A stretch of DNA of 32,000 bases from Nitrospinota bacterium (GTDB lineage: Bacteria > Nitrospinota_A > UBA7883 > JACRGQ01). This document shows positions 9,257-20,234 of this stretch, in pieces. Location of the stretch: contig JAOUMJ010000008.1 in assembly GCA_029881495.1 (NCBI GenBank), forward strand, positions 7,160 through 39,159, in the 5' to 3' direction. The translations under genes and the position numbers were made by a program. Numbering within the stretch: position 1 is the first letter of the stretch; the number at the start of each line of letters is the position of its first letter. The notes beneath the pieces are model-generated. The model was given only the letters and a program-made list of their open reading frames with translations, did not search any database and had not been told where the DNA came from.

Positions 9257-9679
9257 TTGACGGTAATGAATATATTTGGACTTGAATCAAGGGCGCTTAA
9301 GGTTGCGGAGCGGTCGCTAGACCTGGTCTCGAAGTCGACCATGGCGGTAACCTCCAATATTGCCAATAGCGAAACGCCCGGATATACGGCGATGAAAGTG
9401 GAATTTGAAAAGAATTTCGACCGGGCTTTGAGTTCAGGGAGCAACCCGGATATTGGAAGGGGCGGGATGTTATTAACGGATCCAAAACATATCCCGCTTT
9501 CAGGAATTGAAGATGTTCAGGGAATGGTAGATTCGGTAAAGACGGGCGAAAGGATAGACGGAAACACGGTAAACCTCGACGAAGAGATCACCGCGCTAAA
9601 GGAGCTCAACCTGAAGTACTCGCTTTACAGCAATATTTCGGGCATGGAGCTAGGCAGGCTGAAAGAAGCCATTAAATAA
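9257..9679 (+). CDS. flgB: flagellar basal-body rod protein FlgB
   Basis: Rod-protein N-terminal motif VTSNIANSETPGYTA. Size about 137-140 aa. The start is ambiguous between TTG 9257 and ATG 9266 (MNIFGLE..). Followed by flgC. Confidence 0.9.
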   Translation: MTVMNIFGLESRALKVAERSLDLVSKSTMAVTSNIANSETPGYTAMKVEFEKNFDRALSSGSNPDIGRGGMLLTDPKHIPLSGIEDVQGMVDSVKTGERIDGNTVNLDEEITALKELNLKYSLYSNISGMELGRLKEAIK

Positions 9680-9714
9680 CGAAATTGATTTATTAAGAAT
9701 AAGGAGAAACCGCA

Positions 9715-10146
9715 ATGGATCTATTAACCGCAATGAAAATAAGTTCTTCAGGTTTAAGCGCACAGCGGACGAGGATGAATGTGGTTTCAAGCAACCTCGC
9801 AAACGTGAACACCACACGGACGCCTGAAGGGGGTCCATACCGCAGGAAACAGGTGATGATGGGCGCCGTCCCGGTGGAGCAGAACGGTTTTCAAAAGGTC
9901 TTGTCGAGCGAGATAAGCGAGCCGAAGGTTCTTGGGATCGAAGAGGACCAGAGTGAATTCCAAAGGGTATACGACCCTTCGCATCCCGACGCGGATGACA
10001 AGGGCTACGTCTATCTTCCAAATGTAAATGTAATGAAAGAGATGGTGGATATGCTTTCTGCCACCAGGGCGTATGAGGCAAACGCGGCCGTTATTGGAAG
10101 CGTGAAGGATATGGCACAAAAGGCCATTGATATTGGAAACAGGTAA
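9715..10146 (+). CDS. flgC: flagellar basal-body rod protein FlgC
   Basis: 143 aa. Motifs SSSGLSAQRTRMNVVSSNLANVNTTRT and a C-terminal EMVDMLSATRAYEANAAVI. SD AAGGAGA. Confidence 0.93.
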   Translation: MDLLTAMKISSSGLSAQRTRMNVVSSNLANVNTTRTPEGGPYRRKQVMMGAVPVEQNGFQKVLSSEISEPKVLGIEEDQSEFQRVYDPSHPDADDKGYVYLPNVNVMKEMVDMLSATRAYEANAAVIGSVKDMAQKAIDIGNR

Positions 10147-10178
10147 ACGGGTAGAGCAGGGCGAATTAAGGAGGGAAA

Positions 10179-11780
10179 ATGATTGACCAGTTGAGAGAAG
10201 CGCTTTTGGCTTTCATCAGAGTATTCAATGGTTTGCCTATCGGCAAACGGATAGCGCTTTCGGCCGTCGGCGTATTTATGATAGTAGGCATTCTGCTGAC
10301 GGCTTATCTTTCGGGGGGGGATAATTACACTCTCCTTTACAGCAATCTTTCCCAGGAAGACACGCTTGCCGTTACCGAAAAATTGAAGGAGAGACTGGTT
10401 CCATTCAGGCTTGATAATGGCGGTAAGGTCATAATGGTATCCACAAAGAATATTTACCAGCTAAGGCTGGAGCTTGCTGGCGAAGGCATCCCTTCCGGTG
10501 GCGGCATCGGGTTTGAGCTTTTCGATCAGTCCACTTTCGGAATGACGGAGTTCATACAAAACCTGAATTTCAGAAGGGCGTTGCAAGGGGAACTTCAACG
10601 CACAATAAATTCAATCGGCATTGTAAAGTCGTCAAGGGTGCATATAGTAATTCCAAAGGATTCCTTCTTTGAAGAAGACAGGAAAAAAACTACCGCTTCT
10701 GTAGTCCTTGAACTCCGCGGAAACAGAAGACCGTCGGATGAACAGATACAGAGCATACTGAATCTGGTGGCCTCTTCTGTCGAAGGTCTTGATCCGAACA
10801 GCATCACGGTGGTCGACCACAAGGGTAACCTTTTGAGCTTCCCCGAAGAGGACAACGATGTTCACCGGCTTACCGTAAAACAGATGGAGTACAAAAGCGC
10901 GATAGAGAACAACCTCGAAAGCCGAATCCGCACAATGATAGAGCGGATATCGGGCAAAGGAAAAGTTGTGGTGCGCGTAAGCGCTAAAGTGAATTTTAGG
11001 CAGACACAGCAGACCGAAGAGATATACGATCCAAACAGCCAGGTGGCGCGGAGCGAACAGAGGCTGGAAGAGAAATCGACCGGCGCGTCGATGCCGTCTG
11101 GTATTGCGGGCGTGCAGAGCAATCTTCCTGCAGAGGCGCAGGCAGAGGCGGCTTTATCAAGGCCTGCAACAGCCAGCAAGGTAAATGAAACCGTAAATTA
11201 CGAGATCAACAAGACGGTGAAGACCATAATGGAGCCGACATCGGAACTCGAAAAACTCTCCGTTGCGGTTTTGGTTGACGGAAAATATACAGAGACGCAA
11301 AATAGTGATGGAGCGATGGTGCGCACTTTCCAGCCACTTGGCGACGAGGAGAGGGCGCGAATAGACAGTTTGGTACGGTCAGCTATCGGCTTTGATCCTG
11401 CAAGGCAGGACAAGGTGACGATTGAGAGCATGCAGTTTGATACATCCGATATCATGGGTGAAATAGGAACGATGGGAACTATGGCTGAAGGCGACTTTAT
11501 AATTTCGATGGTTAAATATGCCGGCGTGGGCATATTGGGAATTGTCATATTCCTCATGGTTGTCCGCCCGATAATGGGGTGGGTATCCGGTTCTACCGCG
11601 GAAGTTGAAGAGCTTAAGACCTTCCCGAAGACATTGGCAAAGATGGAAGAGGAGCTTGAAAACCTCATCATCAAGGAGGAGTCGGCTGTTCCGTTCAAGG
11701 AGAGGGTTTCCCAGCTTGTTGCTGAGAATCCCGAAGCCGCGGCAAATCTTGTAAGGGCATGGCTGAAAACCAGAGGGTGA
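10179..11780 (+). CDS. fliF: flagellar M-ring (MS-ring) protein FliF
   Basis: 533 aa. An N-terminal TM segment, YscJ/FliF-type periplasmic domains (LYSNLSQEDTLAVTEKLKE.., IGIVKSSRVHIVIPK), a second TM near the C-terminus, and a FliG-binding tail. SD AAGGAGGG. Confidence 0.93.
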   Translation: MIDQLREALLAFIRVFNGLPIGKRIALSAVGVFMIVGILLTAYLSGGDNYTLLYSNLSQEDTLAVTEKLKERLVPFRLDNGGKVIMVSTKNIYQLRLELAGEGIPSGGGIGFELFDQSTFGMTEFIQNLNFRRALQGELQRTINSIGIVKSSRVHIVIPKDSFFEEDRKKTTASVVLELRGNRRPSDEQIQSILNLVASSVEGLDPNSITVVDHKGNLLSFPEEDNDVHRLTVKQMEYKSAIENNLESRIRTMIERISGKGKVVVRVSAKVNFRQTQQTEEIYDPNSQVARSEQRLEEKSTGASMPSGIAGVQSNLPAEAQAEAALSRPATASKVNETVNYEINKTVKTIMEPTSELEKLSVAVLVDGKYTETQNSDGAMVRTFQPLGDEERARIDSLVRSAIGFDPARQDKVTIESMQFDTSDIMGEIGTMGTMAEGDFIISMVKYAGVGILGIVIFLMVVRPIMGWVSGSTAEVEELKTFPKTLAKMEEELENLIIKEESAVPFKERVSQLVAENPEAAANLVRAWLKTRG

Positions 11781-11794
11781 TAAAGGAATAAAAG

Positions 11795-12826
11795 ATGGCG
11801 AAAAAACAGGACAGGATAGCGCAGCTCTCCGGCCCGGCAAAAGTGGCCGTATTGATGGTCGCTCTCGGTGACGAGCTGGCAGCGAAGGTTCTAAACGGTT
11901 TGGATGAAAAAGAGGTCAGTCAGGTCGGTAATCAGATGTCCTTCATGGAAAGCGTTACCCCTCCGATGATAGAAGGAGTTTCAAAGGAGTTTTTCGAATC
12001 TCTTGAAGGTGGGGAAGGGGGCGTTCTTCGCGGAGGCTCCGATTTCCTTCGGAAGATGCTTTTGCGGAACATGGATCCTGACAAGGTGAACGAGCTTCTC
12101 GGAAGAATTACCGCCAGCGGCGGAACGGAAGAGTTGTCGGGCGGCCTTGAAGCGGTGCGCCATCTTGAGCCGAAGATACTTGCCGGCTTTTTGAAGAGCG
12201 AACATCCGCAGACAATAGCGATAATTCTCGCCCATCTTGATGGGAGCATGGCGGCAGAAACGCTAAAACTGCTTCCTGAACGTTTCCAACCGGAGGTAAT
12301 TTTACGGCTTGCCACTCTCGACAGGGTAGGGCCGGGCGTTCTAAAGGATCTTGATACTGCGCTTGCGGTGGAGTTTCAAACTACTGGTGCCGCTGAAGGG
12401 AGCCAGCTTGGCGGTGTTGAGAAGTGCGCTGAAGTAGTCAACGCTCTCGACCATAATCTTGAAGTCACCATCCTTTCGGAGATTGAATCGACGCACCCCG
12501 AGCTTGCGGAAAATATCAGACAGCTCATGTTCGTCTTCGAAGATCTTAGTTCGGTGGATGATCGGGGCATGCAGACCATTCTCAAGGAAGTTAATAACGA
12601 GGATCTTATTCTTGCTTTGAAAACTGCATCCGATTCGTTAAAGGAGAAGATATTCAACAACATGTCCAAGCGCGCAGCAATGATGATGCAGGAAGACCTT
12701 TCAGCTATGGGGCCTGTGAAACTGGCCGATGTTGAAAAGGCTCAGCAGTCGATTATAAGAACCGTAAAGGGCCTTGAAGAGGAAGGAAAGATAGTCCTCG
12801 CGGCGGGAGGAGAAGAGCTTGTCTAG
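11795..12826 (+). CDS. fliG: flagellar motor switch protein FliG
   Basis: 343 aa. Motifs GPAKVAVLMVALGDELAAKVL, EHPQTIAIILAHL, and the C-terminal torque-helix region RAAMMMQEDLSAMGPVKLADVEKAQQSII. Confidence 0.95.
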   Translation: MAKKQDRIAQLSGPAKVAVLMVALGDELAAKVLNGLDEKEVSQVGNQMSFMESVTPPMIEGVSKEFFESLEGGEGGVLRGGSDFLRKMLLRNMDPDKVNELLGRITASGGTEELSGGLEAVRHLEPKILAGFLKSEHPQTIAIILAHLDGSMAAETLKLLPERFQPEVILRLATLDRVGPGVLKDLDTALAVEFQTTGAAEGSQLGGVEKCAEVVNALDHNLEVTILSEIESTHPELAENIRQLMFVFEDLSSVDDRGMQTILKEVNNEDLILALKTASDSLKEKIFNNMSKRAAMMMQEDLSAMGPVKLADVEKAQQSIIRTVKGLEEEGKIVLAAGGEELV

Positions 12827-13631
12827 CAGAAACAAAAGGGTATCTTCGGATTCCACATATTACGCAAGGGTTTATCCCACTCCCGAAGAGGGTATATTCA
12901 AACCGTTCGGTCTTGGCCGTTTCGAGGAAGTCGAAGTTGAACGCCTGGAAAAGAAGGTCATTGCCCAAAGGGAGTTCAAGCCGGAGTTTGAAGGGAGAAA
13001 GGAAAAGGAGTTCATTCTCGGTGGATTCGAGTTTGAATACCACGGCGGTTATCAGATAGACCAGCTCCTTAAAAAGGTTGAAGACGAGGCAGAGGCGATG
13101 ATGAATGAGGCCAAGGCGAGGGTCGAAAGCATCGAATCGGAAGCAAGGGAAAGGGGCTATAACGAAGGTTTTGAAAAAGGGAGAGCGGACGGCTACAAGG
13201 AGGTCGAGTCTCTCATGGAATCGATAAGCAACTCGATAAAACTCCTTGAAGGCGAAAGGGAGGCTTTTTTCAATAAATCGGAAAAGGAAATGGTGGATCT
13301 GGTCGCCCTCACCGCTTCGGAGGTTATCGCTGGAGAGATAAAGACCGGCCCCGAAGTCATAAAGAACATAATCCGTGATACGGTGAAAGACGTCCATTCA
13401 AGACAGCAAATCACAATAAAGATGAATCCCGCCGATCTCGGTTTGGCAAAGGACCTTTCCGGAGAGCTGATACAAAGTTTTGAGGCTATAGAAGGGGTGA
13501 GCCTTGTAGGCGATCCTTCCATAACAGCGGGCGGCTGTGTTGTGGAAACAAACATTGGAGTGCTTGATTCAACACTCGAAAACAGGCTGATGTCCATTTA
13601 CAAGGACCTTCGCCAGAAAGTATATCTGTGA
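12819..13631 (+). CDS. fliH: flagellar assembly protein FliH
   Basis: 270 aa. Central acidic coiled coil (EAKARVESIESEARERGYNEGFEKGRADGYKE) and a FliH C-terminal domain. TTG start after GGGAGGAG, overlapping the fliG stop. Positioned between fliG and fliI. Confidence 0.85.
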   Translation: MSSRNKRVSSDSTYYARVYPTPEEGIFKPFGLGRFEEVEVERLEKKVIAQREFKPEFEGRKEKEFILGGFEFEYHGGYQIDQLLKKVEDEAEAMMNEAKARVESIESEARERGYNEGFEKGRADGYKEVESLMESISNSIKLLEGEREAFFNKSEKEMVDLVALTASEVIAGEIKTGPEVIKNIIRDTVKDVHSRQQITIKMNPADLGLAKDLSGELIQSFEAIEGVSLVGDPSITAGGCVVETNIGVLDSTLENRLMSIYKDLRQKVYL

Positions 13632-14947
13632 GCAAGGAAATAGATTTTTCAAAATTCAAAGAGGCTGTTCGCGGCGCAAAAGAAGCCACGCATGTCGGCA
13701 AAGTTACAAGAATAGTAGGTCTTGTTATAGAAGGTGAAGGCCCGGATGTACCCCTGGGGTCGGTTTGCAGGATATTTCCGCGTGACGGTAGCAAACCGAT
13801 CGAGGCGGAAGTTGTAGGTTTCCGTGAGGACAGGGTTTTGATGATGCCTCTTTCGGCACCGGGCGGGCTAAGTCCAAATTGCAGAATTGAGGCAAAGCAG
13901 TCCAGGGCCTCGATAAAAGTTGACGATTCAATTCTTGGAAGAGTTCTTGACGGGCTTGGAAATCCTATCGACAACAAGGGGCGCCTCACATGCGAGAATG
14001 AAATGCCTCTCTATGCAGAGCCTATAAATCCGCTGCAAAGAAAAAGAATTAAAGAGCCTATTGATCTTGGAGTTAAGGCCGTCAACGGGCTTTTAACGGC
14101 AGGCCGCGGACAGAGGATCGGTATTATCGCCGGCACAGGCGTAGGCAAGTCGGTACTTCTGGGGCAGATGGCGCATTTTACCGACGCGGATGTAACCGTG
14201 ATAGGTTTCGTCGGAGAGCGTGGAAGAGAAGTAAGGGAATTCATTGAGAAAAATCTCGGTGAAGAGGGGATGAAGAAGACTGTAATAGTTACAGCAACGT
14301 CTGACAATACGCCGCTCGTAAGACTTCGCGCGGCGTACACTGCCACTGCGATAGCGGAATATTTTCGCGAAGAGGGGAAGGATGTCCTTCTCATGCTTGA
14401 TTCACTTACGCGATTTTCAATGGCGCAAAGGGAGATAGGGCTTTCGATCGGCGAGCCCCCTGCAACAAAGGGTTATCCGCCGTCTGTGTTCGCTTTGTTG
14501 CCGAGACTTCTCGAACGAGCGGGCACAAAAGGTGATGAACAAGGTAGCATCACCGGGATCTACACGGTTCTAGTGGAGGGAGATGACCTTGCGGAGCCGA
14601 TAAGCGACGCCTCTCGCGCCATTCTGGACGGGCACATTGTTTTATCAAGAAGCCTTGCTTCTCGCGGGCATTTCCCGGCGGTGGACGTTCTCGGTTCCAT
14701 CAGCAGGGTCATGGTTGACGTCGTTCAGCCGGAGCATATGGGAGCGGCCATGAAACTTAGAAAACTTGTCGCGGTTTACAAGGACGCGGAGGAACTTATT
14801 AATATCGGAGCCTATGTTAAAGGTTCCAATCCTGAAATAGACAACGCCATAAACAAAATGGGAAAGATAAACTTGTTTTTACAGCAGGGGATGCACGAAA
14901 AATCTACTTTACAGGAATCGATCACCGGCCTGATGGGGATAGTGTAA
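13628..14947 (+). CDS. fliI: flagellum-specific ATP synthase FliI
   Basis: 439 aa. Walker A GIIAGTGVGKSVLLG, Walker B VLLMLDSLTRF, and F1/T3SS ATPase architecture. GTG start overlapping the fliH stop. Confidence 0.95.
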   Translation: MSKEIDFSKFKEAVRGAKEATHVGKVTRIVGLVIEGEGPDVPLGSVCRIFPRDGSKPIEAEVVGFREDRVLMMPLSAPGGLSPNCRIEAKQSRASIKVDDSILGRVLDGLGNPIDNKGRLTCENEMPLYAEPINPLQRKRIKEPIDLGVKAVNGLLTAGRGQRIGIIAGTGVGKSVLLGQMAHFTDADVTVIGFVGERGREVREFIEKNLGEEGMKKTVIVTATSDNTPLVRLRAAYTATAIAEYFREEGKDVLLMLDSLTRFSMAQREIGLSIGEPPATKGYPPSVFALLPRLLERAGTKGDEQGSITGIYTVLVEGDDLAEPISDASRAILDGHIVLSRSLASRGHFPAVDVLGSISRVMVDVVQPEHMGAAMKLRKLVAVYKDAEELINIGAYVKGSNPEIDNAINKMGKINLFLQQGMHEKSTLQESITGLMGIV

Positions 14948-15388
14948 ATGTATAAATTCAAACTGGCTCCACTACTCAGGCACAGGAAAAGGCAGGAAGA
15001 CGAGAAGATGCGCGAGATGTCGGTGATAAACAGGAAAATGGTGATCAACACCGAGCTGTTGCATAAACTCACCGAGGGAAGGGAGAGCGAGCTGGACAAG
15101 TTCACGCAAGCGAGCGGAACGGCTCACAACGTGGCGCTACTTAGGGTTTACCAGGATTTTCTAGCGGGGAGGGACTCCGATATCCTGCACAAAAAGATGG
15201 AGTTACGCCAAGTTGGCGAACTGCTTGAAAAGAAGCGGAGCGAGCTGGCTGAATATGTAAAAAGACGACGAGTGTTGGAGATCCTGCGCGACAGGCAGGA
15301 GGAAGAGTACAACCTTGAAGCGGAGAGGCGCGAGCAGAAGGAGCTCGACGATATTTCAAACCAGCTATTTCTGCGGGAGGCATGGTGA
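14948..15388 (+). CDS. fliJ: flagellar export chaperone-like protein FliJ
   Basis: 146 aa, all-helical and charged coiled coil (FKLAPLLRHRKRQEDEKMRE...). Canonical position immediately after fliI. Confidence 0.8.
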   Translation: MYKFKLAPLLRHRKRQEDEKMREMSVINRKMVINTELLHKLTEGRESELDKFTQASGTAHNVALLRVYQDFLAGRDSDILHKKMELRQVGELLEKKRSELAEYVKRRRVLEILRDRQEEEYNLEAERREQKELDDISNQLFLREAW

Positions 15389-15915
15389 TAAAAAGATTTT
15401 TTCTGATCATACTTCTGGTGAAGGCATCTCTTGTGCTGTTTCTTCTTTTTGGAGGGGAAGATCTGCTTCCGGAAGCATCCGCACAGAATGAAGGAGCCTC
15501 TGCCCAAACTCCCCAGGAGAAACTCAAGCTGGAACTTTTCGAGGAGATGAAAAAGAAACAGGAAGAACTCGACAAGAGAGAAGAGATGTTAAACCGCAGA
15601 GAGGACAGGACCCGCGCCCTCGAGCTTGATATGAGCAAAAAAATAGACGAATTGAAAAGATTGCAGGTAAGGATAGACGACCTGATAAGGATGAGGGACG
15701 ATTTGGAGAAAACCAATGTTGCGAATCTTTCAAAAACATACTCAATGATGGCCCCAGATGAGGCCGCGGCGAGATTGAAAACTATGGATAGAGCAATTGC
15801 CCTTCAGATAGTCGGACAGATGAAGAGTAAAAATTCAGCGAGAATACTAAGCAGCCTTGACCAGGCGACCGCGACCGAATTTTCCGAACAGCTTGCGAAA
15901 AGAAGATTTGAATAG
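15382..15915 (+). CDS. YlxF/MotE-like flagellar-locus protein (N-terminal membrane anchor, coiled coil, MgtE_N-like helical domain)
   Basis: 177 aa. Hydrophobic N-terminus FFLIILLVKASLVLFLLF, a charged coiled coil, and C-terminal LSKTYSMMAPDEAAARLKTMDRAIALQIVGQMKSKNSARILSSL resembling the MgtE_N fold seen in B. subtilis YlxF and MotE. The ATG overlaps the fliJ stop and has SD GGGAGG. Confidence 0.7.
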   Translation: MVIKRFFLIILLVKASLVLFLLFGGEDLLPEASAQNEGASAQTPQEKLKLELFEEMKKKQEELDKREEMLNRREDRTRALELDMSKKIDELKRLQVRIDDLIRMRDDLEKTNVANLSKTYSMMAPDEAAARLKTMDRAIALQIVGQMKSKNSARILSSLDQATATEFSEQLAKRRFE

Positions 15916-15988
15916 ACGCCTGAAGAAAAATCTTTTCAGCGCTGGTAGAAATTTGATATTCGCGTGAAAAGTTGATAAAACATATCCC

Positions 15989-16210
15989 ATGGCAACAAGC
16001 GAGGATAGTTTGGAAAAAAAGGTTGAGAGAGTGTTTTCCGACGAGGAAAACAGGAGAGTTGACGGGATTCTTTACCGGGAGCTGGATTTTGGCGGAATGA
16101 CCACCCAGTTTCTGTTGCATATCGTCTCATCAGGGGTGATTATCAGCGACAAGAATATTGAGCCCCTCATGGAGTACATGGAAAAGCACGGCCCGAAAGG
16201 AAACGCCTGA
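15989..16210 (+). CDS. hypothetical 73-aa protein (weak call)
   Basis: An ORF only. No convincing SD (aaaacatatcccATG) and no family recognised. It sits between the flagellar operon and aspS. Confidence 0.3.
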   Translation: MATSEDSLEKKVERVFSDEENRRVDGILYRELDFGGMTTQFLLHIVSSGVIISDKNIEPLMEYMEKHGPKGNA

Positions 16211-16453
16211 CATAGTTCGGCGGCTCCTTTGGCCCTGTAATCCCTGTTCCCCCTTTCTTTATCGCAATCTCGGCAGGAGAATAATGTGCGTAGCGCAGGG
16301 GTAACCTGTTGTATATATAGGTGATATCCTGATCTATGAGTGCTGATGGTTAAACATATTCAGAACTTTTCCGGATATTCACTAATATTGGTCTCCGCTC
16401 TTCAACCTTTGCCCCTAAGTAGGATATCCCATTCTTTTTGGATGAAAAAAAAG

Positions 16454-16459
16454 TATAAT
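16454..16459 (+). promoter_or_regulatory. perfect -10 hexamer TATAAT upstream of aspS (poor -35)
   Basis: TATAAT lies 25 nt upstream of the aspS ATG at 16485. The -35 region (ttcttt) is weak. Confidence 0.35.
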
Positions 16460-16481
16460 ACCCACTTTAATTTTCGGGAGA

Positions 16482-18263
<1,782 letters not shown>

Positions 18264-18273
18264 CGGTATCGAC

Positions 18274-19674
18274 ATGGATCACCTGAATCCGGCAGGAGAG
18301 GTAAAGACAAGGTTCGCGCCAAGCCCTACAGGGACGCTACATCTCGGCGGAGCGCGCACCGCCCTTTTCAACTGGCTCTATGCCCGAAACAGAAAAGGGA
18401 AGTTCGTCCTCAGAATAGAGGATACCGACACCGAGCGTTCCACCCGTGAATCTGTGGATGAGATACTCGAATCGATGAAGTGGCTCGGCCTTGACCACGA
18501 TGAAGGCCCCTATTTTCAGAGCGAGCGCACCGGCCTATATTCTGAAAAGGTTGATACGCTCTTGAAAGAAGGTAAAGCGTATCGCTGTTATTGCACAAAG
18601 GAGGAGCTGGACGCCAAGCGCGAAGCGATCCAGAAGGCGGGGGGCAAACCGCTGTATGACAGGAAATGCAGGGAGCTGGGCGAAGGGGATGTCTCAAAGC
18701 CTCATGTGATACGTTTCAAAATGCCGCTTAAAGGGAGCACCGTTTTTATCGATTCCCTGCGGGGCGCGGTTGAAGTCGAGAATTCGGAGATGGACGATTT
18801 CGTAATAAGACGCACGGACGGCGGTGTGATCTACAATCTTGTTGTCGTTATCGACGACGCCGAAATGGGAATAACAAACGTCATACGGGGGGACGACCAT
18901 ATTGCGAATACGCCAAAGCAGGTGAATCTGTATAAGGCGTTCGGATATCCGGTGCCGGAGTTCACTCACGTTTCGATGATCCTCGGTAAGGACAAGAAGA
19001 GGCTGAGCAAGAGGCATGGAGCCGATTCGGTTCTGGCCTTGCGCGACTCCGGGTACGTGAGCGACGCGCTTGTAAACATGCTAGCAAGGCTTGGCTGGAG
19101 CAGTGGCGATCAGGAGGTATTCTCCCGCGAAGAGATAGTGGATAAATTTTCTCTGGCGAACATCACCATGTCGTCCGCGGTTTTCGATATGGAAAAGCTT
19201 CTGTGGCTGAACGGTCAGCACATCATGCGCATGGATGATGGCCGGCTGGCGGACGAGGCGTTGCCGTTTGTGAAAAAAAATCATCCGAACGCCGACCGGG
19301 AATCGCTGATAAAGATCCTCCCGCTCCTAAAGGAGCGCGCGAAAACGCTTGTCGATCTTGCGGATGGAGCGGAATTTTATTTTGCCAACGAAGTCGTTGT
19401 AGACAAGGGCGCAAGGGAAAAGTTCCTGACAGCCGCGCACCTCCAGTATCTGAAGGATGTTGCGGAGCTGATTGAGAAGCATGGCGTTTCGGACGCCGAG
19501 GTGTTGAATGGCGAGTTCAAGAATCTTGCCGAACGAAATTCCACAAAGATGAAGGATATCGCGCAGCCGGTACGCGTCGCCCTCACGGGGAAGACGGTCT
19601 CTCCGGGGATATTCGAAATGATGTCGATCATCGGCAAGGATGAATCGTTGAAGCGAATACGTGCTTTGCTGTAA
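18274..19674 (+). CDS. gltX: glutamate--tRNA ligase
   Basis: 466 aa. The class I HIGH motif appears as PSPTGTLHLGGART and the KMSKS motif as RLSKRHG. Also contains VRIEDTD and VIRGDDHI. Confidence 0.95.
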   Translation: MDHLNPAGEVKTRFAPSPTGTLHLGGARTALFNWLYARNRKGKFVLRIEDTDTERSTRESVDEILESMKWLGLDHDEGPYFQSERTGLYSEKVDTLLKEGKAYRCYCTKEELDAKREAIQKAGGKPLYDRKCRELGEGDVSKPHVIRFKMPLKGSTVFIDSLRGAVEVENSEMDDFVIRRTDGGVIYNLVVVIDDAEMGITNVIRGDDHIANTPKQVNLYKAFGYPVPEFTHVSMILGKDKKRLSKRHGADSVLALRDSGYVSDALVNMLARLGWSSGDQEVFSREEIVDKFSLANITMSSAVFDMEKLLWLNGQHIMRMDDGRLADEALPFVKKNHPNADRESLIKILPLLKERAKTLVDLADGAEFYFANEVVVDKGAREKFLTAAHLQYLKDVAELIEKHGVSDAEVLNGEFKNLAERNSTKMKDIAQPVRVALTGKTVSPGIFEMMSIIGKDESLKRIRALL

Positions 19675-19781
19675 TATCTGATTGCGATAGTTCATTTCGC
19701 ATATGGTTTTTTCGGAGCGATTTGTATGCCGGATTGGCGCGGAAAAGAATCCGTACGAGCTCTCCAGAGCGAGGGGTGGAG

Positions 19782-20150
19782 ATGGTAGTATCAGAGATCG
19801 AATATCAAATTGTTCTTCTCTTCTGCATCGAGGAATATTTCGAACCTGAAATGGAAGATGAGCTTTCCATCATTGTGCCGGATGTAATCTCTGAATATAA
19901 CGGGAGTGTTCTGGAGATGAAAGTTAACCGGGATTACCTGTATGTACACTTCAGGTCATCCCCGGATCACTCCCCTTCGGAGGTAGCGCGGGGTCTTGCC
20001 TTGCTCACTTCAGCCAGGCTTATAAACCTGCATAATGGATTGAAAGGGTACGAGACCGTTTTTAGGCCGGATTTTTGCGTTAAAACCGGGGAAAAAATGG
20101 GAGAGTATGAAATAGAAGATTTTATGGCAATTGCGAAATCGAGACTTTGA
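19782..20150 (+). CDS. small protein with IS200/IS605 TnpA (Y1 transposase)-like fold but substituted catalytic residues
   Basis: 122 aa from the ATG preceded by GAGGGGTGGAG. By-eye alignment to remembered IS200/IS608 TnpA sequences: YQIVL aligns with YHIVF/W; LEMKVNRDYLYVHFRSSPDHSPSEV..L..TSARL aligns with LE....DHIHML...PP..S.S...LKG.SSR.L; FCVKTGEKMGEYEIEDFM aligns with Y.V.TVG.....I.DYI. The HUH histidines read Y-L-Y and the catalytic Tyr reads F. Confidence 0.5.
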   Translation: MVVSEIEYQIVLLFCIEEYFEPEMEDELSIIVPDVISEYNGSVLEMKVNRDYLYVHFRSSPDHSPSEVARGLALLTSARLINLHNGLKGYETVFRPDFCVKTGEKMGEYEIEDFMAIAKSRL

Positions 20151-20175
20151 TTAAACCCGAAAATAGGTATATAAT
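20147..20175 (+). promoter_or_regulatory. sigma70-type promoter for the bactofilin gene
   Basis: TTGATT (20147-20152), a 17-nt spacer, then TATAAT (20170-20175). It lies about 60 nt upstream of the ATG at 20235. Confidence 0.6.
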
Positions 20176-20234
20176 GTTACGAAAGAATAAACTATTGTTA
20201 CGTTAACTTTAACCTGCAAACATGGGGCAACTAA

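Noticed and set aside
8950-9444. ORFs 8950..9153 (+, 67 aa) and 9073..9444 (-, 123 aa) in the fliK/flgB divergent region.
   Set aside because: They have no SD. They overlap the promoter elements and the flgB coding start. Their amino-acid composition is typical of AT-rich non-coding read-through.
16211-16481. I looked for a T-box leader or another known structured RNA (SRP, 6S) in the long aspS upstream region.
   Set aside because: I could find no specifier or T-box sequence (AGAGA..GGUGNRA-type), no SRP GGAA-GCAG motif, and no terminator/antiterminator pair. Only the repeated GGATATCC-type sites stand out.
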